This document shows, one piece after another, positions 1 through 12,236 of a DNA stretch of 64,000 nt; positions within the stretch are counted from its first letter, which is position 1, and every line of letters starts with the position of its first letter. The notes under the pieces were generated by a model. That model was not told the DNA's origin, ran no database searches, and saw only the letters and a program-made list of their open reading frames with translations. A program made the translations under genes and the position numbers. The DNA lies in contig JAQFVV010000005.1 of NCBI GenBank assembly GCA_028023455.1, forward strand, positions 20,832,001 through 20,896,000. The letters run 5' to 3'. This DNA is from Epiperipatus broadwayi (Eukaryota > Animalia > Onychophora).

Positions 1-1551
1 CTGCTCCATCCCATTTCCACAACATAATCTTTGTCAACTCCATGGCCTTTATATCTAAAACCCCCTTATCTTTTCCCAAACCCAGCATAAAAACCAATAA
101 GCCACTTTCTGTATAATCACTTTGTTCATATTTATTCTTCCACAACTTCATTATTTGTACCCTTTCTGCTTTCAGGCATTTACATTCAATTAACAGATGC
201 CTAATATTTTCTATGCCTTCCTTACACAACTTGCAGACTAAATCACCCATATTTTTCCATTTATGTGTATATTCCCTTGTTGCTAAAGATCCCGTTCGAG
301 CCTTAAACAGTAAACTACTTTCCTTGCTATTATCATAAATTAACTCACACCCAATATTCTGTTTACTTCTATAAATATTTAAACTCTTTTTACTCTCCAT
401 ACTAGCTCTCCATCTCTCCAACTCCCTATTCTTTATTAATGCATCTATTCTTCTATCCCATTCCTTAACACTATAACACTCAACAATTCTCCTAACACAA
501 TCATCCCACCTTTTGTATAAGTATACTGACATAAATTCTTTATCTAAATCTTCTGCATATCACATTACCTTTCTCACCCATCTTGTTGCCTGCCCTTTAT
601 TCATAACCCAATTAAATACTATTTTGGCTATTCTTTTATTATCCATAAACTGCAATCTACTGAACATTTTCATTTTGCTTTTTGCATCTCTCATTTTTCT
701 TTTTCCCCTTCTTTCTCATATAAAAACTTGACCATCCCATTTCTCCTTGAATTGCCTCTTTTGCCGTCCACACTTCTGCATCTAATGCATGTCTTCATAC
801 TTCTCTTTGTACTTTTTCTAAGTAATCTAATACCTCTTTACTAACACATAATGCATCATTACCATATGTTAACTCTGCTACTGCCATTCCTTCCATACAA
901 TTCTAGCTACATCATATTTATTATAGGAGAACACTGTTAATTTCTTTATCAATCCCTTTCTTTTCTTTGCTTCATTTATCAATTTTTTCTCCCATTCATC
1001 CAAGCAATTTCTCTGATTACTTAAGATGATTCCCAAATAGTTATATCTATTCACCACACTTAACTTTATATCCCCCAATAAAAATTCTTTGTCTTCTCTT
1101 TCCCCAGTATTAATCATCATTACTTTTGATTTTTCTTCACTAAATTTAATCCCCATCTCTTTACCCACCCTTGTGCATGTCCTCAGCATAACATCCATCT
1201 TCCCTTCTTTTTGCACACAAAAAACATCATCCACAAATAAAAAACCCGATAAGGTATATACTCCCTTGCCACCTATTATTGGTCTCTACTCCTCTTCCTA
1301 GTCTTTCTATTGCTCTCTCCATTTCTCTCAAACATAACAAAACCAAAATAGGTGACAGAGGGCATCCTTGCCTTAGTCCCACCCCATTTTTAACTTTAAC
1401 TGATTCTATATTCCCTAATTGATACGTATAGTAAATATTTTCATATAATTTCTTAATAATATCCACTAAAGCTCCACCCAGTCCCAAGTTTACTAAACTT
1501 ACCCATAATCTATTTCTATTTACTCTGTCATACATTCTCTATATCTACAAT
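1..1551 (-). mobile_element. Non-LTR retrotransposon (LINE family 'L', RTE-X-like), decayed 3' half: RT C-terminal part plus C-terminal CCHC-type zinc motif
   Basis: ORF fragments 1227-1535 (GLRQGCPLSP) and 878-1234 (YNYLGI); CKLCKEGIENIRHLLIEC on the - strand near 180-240; clearly homologous to 43620-44413 and 60037-62930. Clade assignment is tentative. Confidence 0.85.
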
Positions 1552-1568
1552 CATCATCATCATCATTA

Positions 1569-2756
1569 TCAACCATTATCAATCCACTGCAGGATGAAGG
1601 TCTCTCCAAGTTTAATCCATCTTCTCCGATCTTTAGCTTCTCTTCTCCACATCACCCCTACACATTTTCTTATTTCATCCATCCATCTTATATGTGGTCT
1701 CCTTCTGGGTCTTTTACAATCTCTTGGAATCCAGTTTAAAATTTCAATTGTCCATCTATTATCATCTCTTCTAGCAATATGTCCAGCCCAACTCCACTTC
1801 AATCTTTTAATTTTTTCAATGAGGTCAGTAACACCTGTTTGTTCTCTTACCCATACATTGCGTTTTCGATCTCTTCTTGTTACTCCCAACATACATCTCT
1901 CCATACTTCTTTGAGTGGTCTGAAGTCTCTGTATTGATCTTCTATTAAGTGTCCAAGTCTCAGATCCATAAGTAAGAACTGGTAAAACACATTTGTTAAA
2001 AACCTTTCTTTTCAAACACATAGGCATATTTCCTTTTAATATCAAGTTATTTCTACCAAAAGCACTCCAACCAAGTTTAATTCTATGATTAATTTCCTCC
2101 ATTATGTTTCCATCTGTATTAATAATCTGACCAAGGTATTTGTAACTCTTAACCTCTTCTAATTCACCATAATCAATCTTTATTTTCATATTTTGAGCAA
2201 ATCGATTAAACATTACTTTAGTCTTTTTAACATTTATCTTTAGTCCTACTTTCCTACTTTCATCTGATAACTCCTGCAACATTTCCTGCAGCTCCGAAGC
2301 ATTATTTGCAAAAACAACTACATCATCTGCGAAATCTAAATGACTTAAATAATCTCCATTTACTTTCACTCCTTTAATTTCCCATTTTAAGCCACAAAAT
2401 ACTTCTTGCAGCACTGCTGTAAAAAGTTTTGGAGATATGGAGTCACCTTGTCTTACACCTTTCTCAATGTTGACTTTCCCAGTATCATTATGTAATCTAA
2501 TTGTTGCTGTTGCATTTTTATAAATATTCTTTAAAATATGACAATATCCTGGATCTATACCTTGATGATCCAATGCTTTAATCACTGAAGAAATGTTTAT
2601 AGAATCAAATGCCTTTTCATAATCTACAAATCCAAAACATAATGACAACTCATATTCATTTGTCCTTTCTATAACTTCTCTCAATACCTGAATATGATCT
2701 ACTGTACTAAAACCACTTTTAAATCCAGCTTGTTCTCTTGGTTGGTGAAAATCCAA
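1569..2756 (-). pseudogene. RTE reverse transcriptase, RT core to C-terminus (395-aa open segment of a frameshifted ORF)
   Basis: EQAGF, FVDYEKAFDS, GVRQGDSISP, FADD and YKYLG motifs; frame breaks upstream around 2860-2940. Confidence 0.9.
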
Positions 2757-2937
2757 GGTTCTCTGTAGTCGAGTTGTAATTATCTTGGTAAAAATTTTAT
2801 ATAAAACTGATAAAAGGCTGATAGGTCTGTAATTTCTAATATCTTCTTTATCACCTTTTTAAATATTAATATTATTATTGCATTCTTCCAATCATCCGGT
2901 ACATCTTTATCATTTAGACATTTGGTATATAACTTTG

Positions 2938-4050
2938 CTAATATTTTTCTGTTTCTTCACCTGCTTCTTTTAATATATCAATTATAATTCCATCATTACC
3001 TGGAGCCTTTCCTTTTTTCATACATTTAATTGCATTTCTCACTTCTTCATTTAAAATTCTGGGCAATTCGGAAGATGTAATAGATATAGGAGGTACTTGT
3101 TCTTTATTACTATATAATTCTTGATAAAAATCTTCTACCAATTTCATAATGTCATCCCTCTTTTTAGTAATAATTCCATCTTTTTTCCTTATTGCAGATA
3201 TAAATTTCCTACCAATACCAAAATGTTGTTTTACATTCTTAAGACTTCTATTTTCTTCTACAGCTTTTCTTGCTAGTTCACAGTTATACTTTCTTATATC
3301 ATTTTCAACTCTTTTCCGCACCATTTTACAAAATTCGAGATATTCAATTCTTTTTAATGCATCATTCTTGTATATCTTCATATTCCTTCTTTTCTTCATA
3401 AGTTCTCTAGTCTCAGTAGAAATTTTATTAGTCAATTGCTGCTTTTTTCTACCAGCTATCTTTGTTGCAGTTTTTAAAAGTGTATCAGTTATTTTCATAT
3501 TAATTTCATTCAAATCTGAATCATGTTCAAAATCTACTAATACTTGAAACCGATTTGTAAGTTCTAATTTAAATTCATTAGAATGTTTCTGAAGATTAGG
3601 AATATCAACTGTAAATATAGTTTTTCTTAATAATTTTTGTCTCTCTAGTTTTACATTAACATGTATCTTACCCCTTACTAATCGATGATCACTTCCTGTG
3701 TTAAATTTATTAAGAACATTACAATCTTGAAATATGTATTTCCTGTTAGTCAAAATATAATCCAATTCTGCTGTACCTTCATTTGGATGCTTCCATGTCC
3801 ATTTCCTTCTAACATTTTTCTCAAAAAAAGAATTCATAATATAAAGTTTTTCCTTCTCTGCAAACTCCACAGCTATGTCCTCTCTCATTTCTATTACCAT
3901 AACCAAAATTACCTACAACACTTTCATCTTTCATTTGTTTACCAATTCTAGCATTAAAATCTCCCATAACAATTTTAAAAGTTGTTTACTGTGATCAAAA
4001 GCTTTGTACATCCAATAAAAATCTTCTACTACTTCATCACTGTGAGAACT
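2938..4050 (-). pseudogene. RTE apurinic endonuclease C-terminal part and linker, frameshifted
   Basis: KWTWKHP, LDYIL, GSDHRLV and KAPGNDGI motifs in ORF 2938-3906; GDFNARIG in a shifted frame around 3950-3975. Confidence 0.85.
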
Positions 4051-4068
4051 GTGGGGAAAACGAAAAGA

Positions 4069-4430
4069 ATATCTACAATAACCATATATAACTCTCTATA
4101 TGTATGCCTACTGATATCCATAAGTTGTGTAAGTACAAATAAACTATCTTCTATACATCTATCTGATCGCAAACCTCCTTGCATTTCTCCCACTGTATTA
4201 TTTTCTTCCATCCATTTTCTTAACCCTTCATTCAATAGTAATGCCATCTATATCTACAATAACCATATATAACTCTCTATATGTATGCCTACTGATATCC
4301 ATAAGTTGTGTAAGTACAAATAAACTATCTTCTATACACCTATCTGATCGAAAACCTCCTTGCATTTCTCCCACTGTATTATTTTCTTCCATCCATTTTC
4401 TTAACCCTTCATTCAATAGTAATGCCATCT
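4069..4430 (-). repeat. Tandem duplication (2 x 181 bp) of the 5' end of the LINE L copy
   Basis: 4069-4249 and 4250-4430 are near identical (2 differences seen); both encode QGG(L/F)RSDRCIEDSLFVLTQ. Confidence 0.95.
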
Positions 4431-4939
4431 GGTTTTGATTATCATAAGCATTATTAGAATATTACTGAGAGATTCAGAACCACCCATAGTCACTATGCTT
4501 ATTTGCCTCAGAAACGTATTTTAACAGCATTTGATTTATGAAATTATAGCAAATATAAATAATAGAAAGTATAATTAATGACTGTTCGTGCTATATATAG
4601 AGAGGCAGAATTGAAATACTTAGTGAAGCTAGTAGTGAAATCCATGTACCAAAAATTATAATAATACTGTATTATTTATTAATAAACAAAAATTGTTTAT
4701 GAATGTTTTAGACTTAAATATTTATATCATCCTCAGCAAGTGTTACTTAGAAATAAGTATGGCTATTCAATTAAATATATAAAAGTTAGAAAGGCAAAAA
4801 ATATAATAACATTCTGTCTTGTGTGGTTTAGTGCAATGCAGTGACAGATTATCAGACTTTGGAGCATAAAGACATAGAATCAATTCTAATTCTGGTATTT
4901 CTGATGCTCAAACTTTATATAAATTTCTGAATAATGGCA

Positions 4940-4992
4940 CAACAACAACAACAGCAGCAGCAACAACAATAATGATGACAACAATGATGATA
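4940..4992. repeat. Compound trinucleotide microsatellite (CAA/CAG/TGA)
   Basis: Direct inspection. Confidence 0.8.
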
Positions 4993-5072
4993 TCAGCACA
5001 CTAGAGATGAGTTTTGTAATGACTAAGGAAACCAATCCATGAATCATAAATATGCTCACATATAGAACATAC

Positions 5073-5734
5073 CATGACCACCACTTCTTATGCTTGTGTA
5101 TAACTGTTGTTAAAACAGGCAAAACTCACTATACATATTGCTAGAGTAATAAATGGATGCCAGAAGGCTTGTGCATAAAATCCCCATCTAGTGCCTACTC
5201 ATCCAATATCTCCAGACTAGTTTCTGGCTTGTGGCCTTCGTCAGTGAGGAGCTTTGGATCTGAGAGCACTGCACTTAGATCTTAGGATCTAATGCAACCC
5301 TCCAGCAGCCATCTTTTATCTCCACTTAACTACAAAACTATGAATCTTAAACTGAAAACACCTTAATGTTTTCAATCCAAGCCCATTAGCTTATATAGTC
5401 ATATGGGTCTGAACTCAGTTCAGTACCCATACATTTTGGTGTTTTTGGTTATTTAATAACCATAGCCACCACTATCCTATTAGGCAGGTTTGGTTTTAAA
5501 CCAATAAACATCACATGACCACTACTTCTTATGCTTGTGTATAACTGCTGTTAAAACAGGCAAAACTCTCTATACATATTGCCACACACAGCAAGCTAGA
5601 GTAATCAATGTATGCCAGAAGGATATTGGATGAGTAGGCACTAGATGGGGATTTTATGCACAAGCCTTCTGGCATCCATTGATTACTCTAGCTTGCTGTT
5701 TGTGCCAATACGTATAGTGAGTTTTGCCTGGTTT
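5073..5734. mobile_element. Family A hammerhead-bearing PLE-like element: partial tandem (441-bp period) plus inverted arm
   Basis: 13-bp TSD ATATAGAACATAC at 5060-5072 and 5735-5747; CATGACC recurs at 5073 and 5514; inverted arm about 5621-5734; hammerhead on - strand around 5203-5262. Confidence 0.85.
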
Positions 5735-6484
5735 ATATAGAACATACTAATACATTTTTTGTTTATTTAATATTTTATACTGTTTTTTTATCTCTGCATA
5801 TCTTTTCCATTGCATTTTATCTAGAGCCATATCTTTCTAATGAAAATTATCAATATTTCATTTGTTTAGAATGGTTTTTAAGAAAATCTTTATAACATAA
5901 ACAAGGCCTGCCTTTCCATGAAAATCATATTCAAGTTCATCATAAAGTATTTTTAGAAATTTTGTATCATTCATTACACTTATCCAATCCAATAAAAATG
6001 TCATCAAGCTAAAAAAAACATATTAATAGGTATATGATCTTACCATCATATTTTTATAAATTTTATGGGGCATCCATAAATAAAATGTTTCAAATGCTTT
6101 TATCTTATGCTGATAGGAGGTCCGAATCTTATTTCCATAAAATAAATTATGTAAAATAACAGCTCTATATACAGCTAATTGAGTTGCAGTAAAATAACAG
6201 CTCTATATACAGCTAATTGAGTTGCAGTAGTTATTTGACTGTTATGAAAGAAAATCTCTATCTTTTAACTTATTAAAGATCACAGCATCAAATTACAGTT
6301 TCTGCTGCTTCTCAATATCTAATTTCATCTTTGAACTTATAAAACTACCAAGATTCTCAAGCTGATAAACATCTTAGCTAAAAGTTGAAGTTTTTTATTA
6401 GATCACTGGATAATATTGAATTTGAATTTTCTAAATATTAATTACTAAACCAAAGTCTTTATACATTGCATTCAAAACATGGTA

Positions 6485-6546
6485 GTAGTTTGAAGACCAT
6501 ACTGCCACAGCACCATCTGACAGCGGCAGTATGGTCTCCAAACTAC
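6485..6546. repeat. Short hairpin or mini-MITE (22-bp arms, 18-nt loop)
   Basis: GTAGTTTGAAGACCATACTGCC (6485-6506) versus GGCAGTATGGTCTCCAAACTAC (6525-6546), 1 mismatch. Confidence 0.85.
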
Positions 6547-7258
6547 ATACATTTAGTAAATTGTTTTTTGAACTGACAAAAATACCATTACCAACAACAT
6601 ATTGTAATTCCAGATGCCAAGAAGTTTGTTATTGTTTTTGGTTTTAACTGAATGATGTTAAAAATTCTACCACCAAACCTGTTTCACATCTTGATTCTTA
6701 ATTCATGAACCTATCTATAAATAGTTCCAAAAACTTTTGTCATAAAAATTGAAAACAAAATTGGAGCTGATGTATATTGTTGTTTAACACCAATTTTCAT
6801 TTAAAATGTCTCAGATTTTCTATCTCTAATAGTAATACTTTCTCTCATTCCATCATGTAGAAGTTACACAAGTCTAAATGGATATCCAACAAATTTCAAG
6901 CAATCCCATAGATCTGTTTGATTAATTGAATCAAATGCCTTGACCAAATCAATCAAAACAGTAATTAAATCACTCTTTGTCTGAATTATTTTTTTTCTTG
7001 CATTTGCCTAGTAATAAATATAAGTTTATATTGCTTCTTGATTATTTGTAACCACATTGAGTCTTTGATAATGATTCATCATGTTTAGAAATAACTTATT
7101 TGGTAAAATCATTTCTTAAACTGTGTGTTTTGAATAAAAGTAAGTCAATTCTTGAATTAACAATATTCCATCACAATTACTACTGTTTTGTCTGCTTTTT
7201 TTATTTTTTAAAATTGATTGTGTTCTGGATAAAAGTACGTCTACTCTCAAATTCACAC

Positions 7259-7824
7259 CACATGAACACCATTCCTTATGCTTATACAAACTAAAACTCT
7301 CCATACAATAGCGCCATTCAGTGCAAGCCAGAGTAATCAATGGATTGTGCATAAAATCCATATCTAGTGCCTACACATTTAATATCCCCAGACTAGTATC
7401 TAGCTTGTGGTTTTCATCAGTGAGGAGCTTGGATCTAATGTAACTCTCCAGCAGCCGTTTTTTACTTTTTTAGCTAACTATAAAGCTTTGAGTCCAAAAA
7501 TATTAAAAAGTATGGATGCTGAACTGAATTCAGATTATCCAACTATACAAGCTAATGAGTTTAACTTGAAAATATTATGTTTTGGGCTCAAAGCTTTATA
7601 GTTCGCTAAAAAAGTAAAAGGTGCCTGCTGGCGGGTTGCAGTAGATCCTAAGATCCACATGCAGTGCTCTCAGAACCAAAGCTCACTGATGAAAGCCACA
7701 AGCTAGAAATTAGTCTGGGGATATTGGATGAGGAGGCAATAGGTAGGGATTTTATGCAGAAACCTTCCTGCATCCATTGATTACTCTGATTTGCACTGAG
7801 TGGCGCTACTGTATGGAGAGTTTT
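7259..7824. mobile_element. Family A fold-back element
   Basis: Arms about 7290-7506 and 7578-7824; hammerhead motifs at about 7385-7428 (-, GAAA changed to GATA) and 7680-7725 (+, CTGATGA...GAAATTAGTC). Confidence 0.85.
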
Positions 7825-8267
7825 ATTCCCGAATTAACAATATTTCCTCATAATTACTATTGTTTTGTCTCTTTCCTTTATTTTTAAAATTGGAACAATA
7901 GAATAATCCATAAGATCTGGTTGTAATAACTTCTTTCGACCAAATATTCTTTAGAAAATTTCAATCTTTTGAAGATAATATATTCCCACTGTATTTCAAA
8001 TCTTCTCACGTAACCTTCTCCTTTTGAGATAATAAAAATCTGTTTTAATTAATACCTCATTCATTATTCAAAAAATGATCAAAATACTCTGTTTCATATA
8101 TTATTGTTATCAAATAATGTCCTCATTGAATTTAGTAGAATTATAATATTGTTTTGCAGGTCTACATATTATTTTTAATGTATCAAAAAAAATCTATAAT
8201 TTACTACCATCACTGAATGTCTATATCTTTTTTACAGTTTTAATTCATCAATCATTTTTAACTTTTC

Positions 8268-8358
8268 TTGTTGGTTAGCGACAGCTGCTTTACAAGTAGT
8301 TGTCCCAGGATAGCGGGTTCGCTTCCCGGCTGATGCCATGACACATGAGGGAAAAAAA
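8268..8358 (+). mobile_element. tRNA-Gly-related SINE (subfamily 1) with A-rich tail
   Basis: B-box GGTTCGCTTCCC; shared 3' end GATGCYATGACAYATGA(A)n with 8933, 21676 and 39095. Confidence 0.75.
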
Positions 8359-8680
8359 TATGTGTGATGGTAATTTTTTTCTACTGAGAAGTAGAAATAA
8401 TACATATCTCCTATCAAAGTCATGATTTTTACTTTACTGAACCCAAGAAAGATTTACTTTTAAATTTCATTGTTCTAAATGAGGATGCGTCTTGTTACTT
8501 TTCTTTAAAACCACTACCATCATTTTTTAATAAAAAAAATCAATTATAATAAACTCCTTTTCTCTTTACATATATAGTTCCAAATGATCTTTCATATATA
8601 AAAAAATCCAATAGAATTACTTTCGTCCTTTTTCTTTTTAAAAACGTTTTTATTTATTTGCATAAAATATGCACCAATGT

Positions 8681-8722
8681 TTTCAACGTTTCAACTCCCT
8701 CCTTGCAGTCATTATCAAAGTT
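8681..8722 (-). ncRNA. Degenerate minimal hammerhead motif (U3-A8 variant)
   Basis: - strand TTGATAA-T-GACT-gcaaggaggg-AGTT-GAAACGTT; stem II GACT/AGTT; stem I weak. Confidence 0.5.
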
Positions 8723-8871
8723 CTACAAATATAGATATAAATTAAATCAATAACATACAAACACAGTCTTCTATTTTAAAAATAGCCTATTAATTTCAAT
8801 ATATATATACAAAACAAAACACATGCAAACTTTTTTATAAATCTTGATTTATTATATGAATTATTGGGTAT

Positions 8872-9700
8872 ATGAGCACAGACTTTCACACGAACCACCA
8901 TTCTCCACTCTATCTCATAACACTGATGCACTTACACTTGTCAAGCGTTGTTAGCCGGGAGGTCATCGCACCCACCTTGCAAGCAAGTAGTTGGTTGCAG
9001 ACGGATGTGGGTTCGCATCCCGGCCGATGCTATGACATATGAAAAAAAAAAAAAACACTGATACACTTTAACATATATGACGAAAAGATAAATAATCACT
9101 AATATACGTATTTCATGCTAAACCAGTAATCATCAGTTGATCCAGATTATCATCTCTGCACATATATGCAATAAGTGCTCAGATATATATTAAGATAGTC
9201 AATCTTCATACTTTAATGGACAGGCTTCAATCCACTCTCCAACTCTTCAACCATCGATCCATCCAATTGAAAATCTGATGATGGAACGCTCAAAGGCAAC
9301 CCTGAGGCTGAGATTCTTGCCATGTTATTAAATGGACTATGTCCTGTACATGAGGAGTCAGATTGACTTTAGATCAACATGGGTGTGACAAACATATAGG
9401 CCTCAGGGTGGCCTTTGAGCATTCCATCATCAGAGTTTCAATTGGATGGACGGTTGAAGAGTTGGAGTGGATTGAAGCCAGTCCATTAAAGTATGAAGAT
9501 TGGCTATCTTAATATATATCTGAGCACTTATTGCATATATGTGTAGAGATGATAATCTGGACCAACTGATGATTGTTGGTTTAGCATTAAATACTGATAT
9601 TGGTGATTATTTATCTTTTCGACATATATATGTTTAAGTGTATCAGTGTTATGAGAAAGAGTGGAGAATGGTAGATCTTGTAAAAGTCTGTCTTCATATA
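8872..9700. mobile_element. Family B fold-back element (copy 1) with a hammerhead in each arm
   Basis: Arms about 8872-9308 and 9400-9700, ends ACAGACTTTCACACGA and its complement; hammerhead at 9093-9152 (-) and about 9552-9610 (+, decayed). Confidence 0.85.
8933..9053 (+). mobile_element. tRNA-derived SINE (subfamily 2) inserted in the left arm of fold-back B1
   Basis: A-box-like TAGCCGGGAGG, B-box GGTTCGCATCCC, poly(A); about 15-bp TSD AACACTGAT(G/A)CACTT at about 8917-8931 and 9054-9068; absent from the right arm. Confidence 0.85.
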
Positions 9701-9741
9701 ACCTATATATTACATATATTGATACAAGTATATAATAAGTC

Positions 9742-10290
9742 TGTATTTCAGTTATATGAATTATAAAGTACAAAAAATACTCCACTTCGACAATATTCTT
9801 TTATAGCCTTTATCAAGAAACCGCGAAAAAATACATAAAAAAACAATAAATATAAATATTCCCCAATAATCCAATTTATAAATACTAATAATTCTTAAGT
9901 TAAAATTCTTGTTACAAATAATCTCAAATTTCCATTACATTCGATTTTTAAATACCTTTCTTAAAATAATCTCCTATAATTATTTAATTAAATTAATCTA
10001 TTATTTTCTTTCTTTTTTAATTAATGAATAGATTGTTAATTGAAAAAGAAAATAATAGATTGATTTAATTAAATAATTATAGGAGATTATTTTAATAAAA
10101 GTATTTAAGAAACGAATGTAATGGAAATTTATATTTGTTATATGATTGTGTAATATTTGTATTTATATTTATTGTTTTTTAATGTATTTTTTAATTTTCC
10201 TTGATAAAGATTATAAAAGAATAGAGCCGAAATGTTTGATTATTTTTTTGTACTTTATAATAATTCATATATTAATACATTGTACAGGCT
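9742..10290. mobile_element. Family C fold-back element with a U3-A8 hammerhead motif in both arms
   Basis: Arms about 9742-10025 and 10035-10290; two-arm consensus TTGATAA-A-GGCTATA-aaagaa-TATAGCC-GAAA at 9781-9819 (-) and 10197-10240 (+). Confidence 0.8.
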
Positions 10291-10333
10291 TAAACCTGCA
10301 TTTATATTTGTAATATATGCGGTATTCTACCTC

Positions 10334-11063
10334 AGACTTTCACACGACCCACTACTCTCAGTGCCATCTCATATTGCTGACCACCTGATCACACACATGT
10401 TGAAAAGATAAATAATCACCAATATACGTATTTCATGCTAAACCAACAATCGTCAGTTGGTCTAGATTACTATCCTCACACACATATATAATCAATGCTC
10501 AGCTTTATATTAAGATAGCCAATGTTCATACTTTAATGGACAGGCTTCAAAATATTCCAAGTCACAACTCTTCAGCCTTCCATTTCATTGAAAATCTGAT
10601 GATGGAACGTTCAAAGCTTTTATTAGTGCCAAGATTGTCATACTATCCATGTTGACATATTAGTCATTCTCATCCCTCATGTACAGGAGAATAATCCATT
10701 TATACATACATATGCAAGGGATGGGCAGACCTAATATGTCAACATGGGCAGGATGACAACCTTGGCACTAATAAGGGCTTTGAACATTCCATCATCAGAT
10801 TTTCAATGAAATGGAAGGCTGAAGAGTTACGAGTTGGAATAGTTTGAAGCCTGTCCATTAAAGTATGAAGATTGGCTACCTTAATATAAAGCTGAGCACT
10901 GATTATACATATGTTTGAGGATAGTAATCTAGACCTACTAATGATTTCTGGTTTAGCATGAAATACATACATTGGTGATTATTTATCTTTTCAACATGTG
11001 TGTGATCAGGTGGGTCAGCAATATGAGATGGTACTGAGAGTAGTGGGTCATGTGAAAGTCTGT
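10334..11063. mobile_element. Family B fold-back element (copy 2)
   Basis: Arms about 10334-10657 and 10730-11063; intact-looking hammerhead at 10412-10472 (-): CCAA-CTGACGA-T-TGTT-ggttt-AGCA-T-GAAATACGTATA-TTGG. Confidence 0.85.
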
Positions 11064-11150
11064 GTTCGAATCCCAAATAACTCCTACAATAAATCAAGAT
11101 GTATAAAGAAGTTTGCATGTCATTTGTTTTGTATATATATATTGAAATAT

Positions 11151-11394
11151 GTATAATAAAAATAATTAATTTAACGGTAATAAACTATTATAAACAATCC
11201 TTAAATCCGCAGAAGTACTTTGGGTTAATTTCTTAAACCTGCCTCAACTACTATTAATGTGGCAGGTTTAAGAAATTAATCGAAAGACTACTGCTGATTT
11301 AAGGATTGTTTATAATAGTTTGTTACCATTAAATTTATTATTTTTATTATAATTACAATTTTGTTTTAATTAACGGACATTTTATTTATATTGC
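11151..11394. mobile_element. Family D fold-back element with a degenerate hammerhead
   Basis: Arms about 11151-11243 and 11261-11350; consensus AGTAG-TTGAGGC-A-GGTT-taagaaatt-AACC-GAAAGTACTA-CTGCT; candidate 12-bp TSD (1 mismatch) at 11139-11150 and 11395-11406. Confidence 0.7.
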
Positions 11395-11529
11395 ATATTG
11401 ATATATATATACATTATTGTGTAAATATACATTTTTTAAACTCATAATAAAATAACATTTCTTTAGCATCTATATATAACTCTGTTCATTATATAAATTG
11501 TACTTTAACAATTACTTACTTCCCCTATT

Positions 11530-11851
11530 AAATGAGATGTTTATTTTATATAGCGCTATGTTTTTATAAACTGTAATAGTAATAATCAGCCATTAAGCTA
11601 ATGCACATGCACTTTGTGGATTTTTAACTATAAATGAATACTCTCACTTCCAAACAGAAGATAGTCTGTAAAAAGATAGAATGAATCCATCTATCTTTTC
11701 AACCCAAAAGTTTATGTATGGGCAAATCTTAAGCATTTGGGAATGAGATCATGAAAATGTTAAGTGATCACTTTGGGTTGAAAGGATAGATGGATTCATT
11801 CTATCTTTTCACAAAGACTTTATCTTGTGTTTGGAAGTGAGAGTATTCATT
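11530..11851. mobile_element. Family E fold-back element (no hammerhead recognised)
   Basis: Arms about 11628-11710 and 11770-11851; candidate 13-bp TSD TACTT(C/T)CCCTATT at 11517-11529 and 11852-11864. Confidence 0.65.
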
Positions 11852-12236
11852 TACTTTCCCTATTGTTTAATTTTTTTTATTATATCTTTACACAAATCTA
11901 TAAAACATCTACAAACCCAGCAATACCAACAATTTCTTATGTATTACTATTTATATACCACTATAAATTATTTATAATTAAAATGTTGCCTAAATACAGT
12001 GTGATAGTTCATTTATGTGGTGTGCAAAAATTTACTAACATTAGATCATTTGAGTTCATAGTATCAACCACTATTTCCAATAACTTTTGGCCACACATTA
12101 CTATTTGTAGCAACACATGTATTAAAGTCTCCTAAAAGAAAAAATGATCTTTTAATGGTGTTGATGTTTTATATCCATTAAGAAATAAATACTTTCTTTG
12201 AGCTTCTCTGAATCTAATGTTATAGCACAAGTACTA

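Larger units (their letters stand above)
1552..4068 (-). mobile_element. RTE-clade LINE, 5'-truncated within the endonuclease domain, inserted into LINE family L
   Basis: (TGA)n 3' tail at 1552-1568; EN motifs (SHSDE, GDFNA, SDH) and RT motifs; 11-bp TSD ATATCTACAAT at 1541-1551 and 4069-4079. Confidence 0.95.
5900..8100 (-). mobile_element. Heavily decayed RTE-BovB-like LINE, interrupted by a hairpin and a family A element
   Basis: - strand remnants LIDLVKAFDSIN (about 6930-6960), GVKQQYTSAP (about 6765-6790) and a YLGS-like region (about 6340); similar to 22500-25560. Boundaries approximate. Confidence 0.7.

Noticed and set aside
4886-5122. Hydrophobic 78-aa ORF
   Set aside because: The hydrophobic run derives from the CAA/CAG microsatellite and the ORF starts within a family A repeat
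9270-10810. Second CTGATGATGGAA(C/T)G(C/T)TCAAAG motif in family B as another hammerhead
   Set aside because: All four copies lack GAAA and show no consistent stem I or stem III
11628-11851. Hammerhead in family E
   Set aside because: The internal hairpin sequesters the putative core and no GAAA/UH follows
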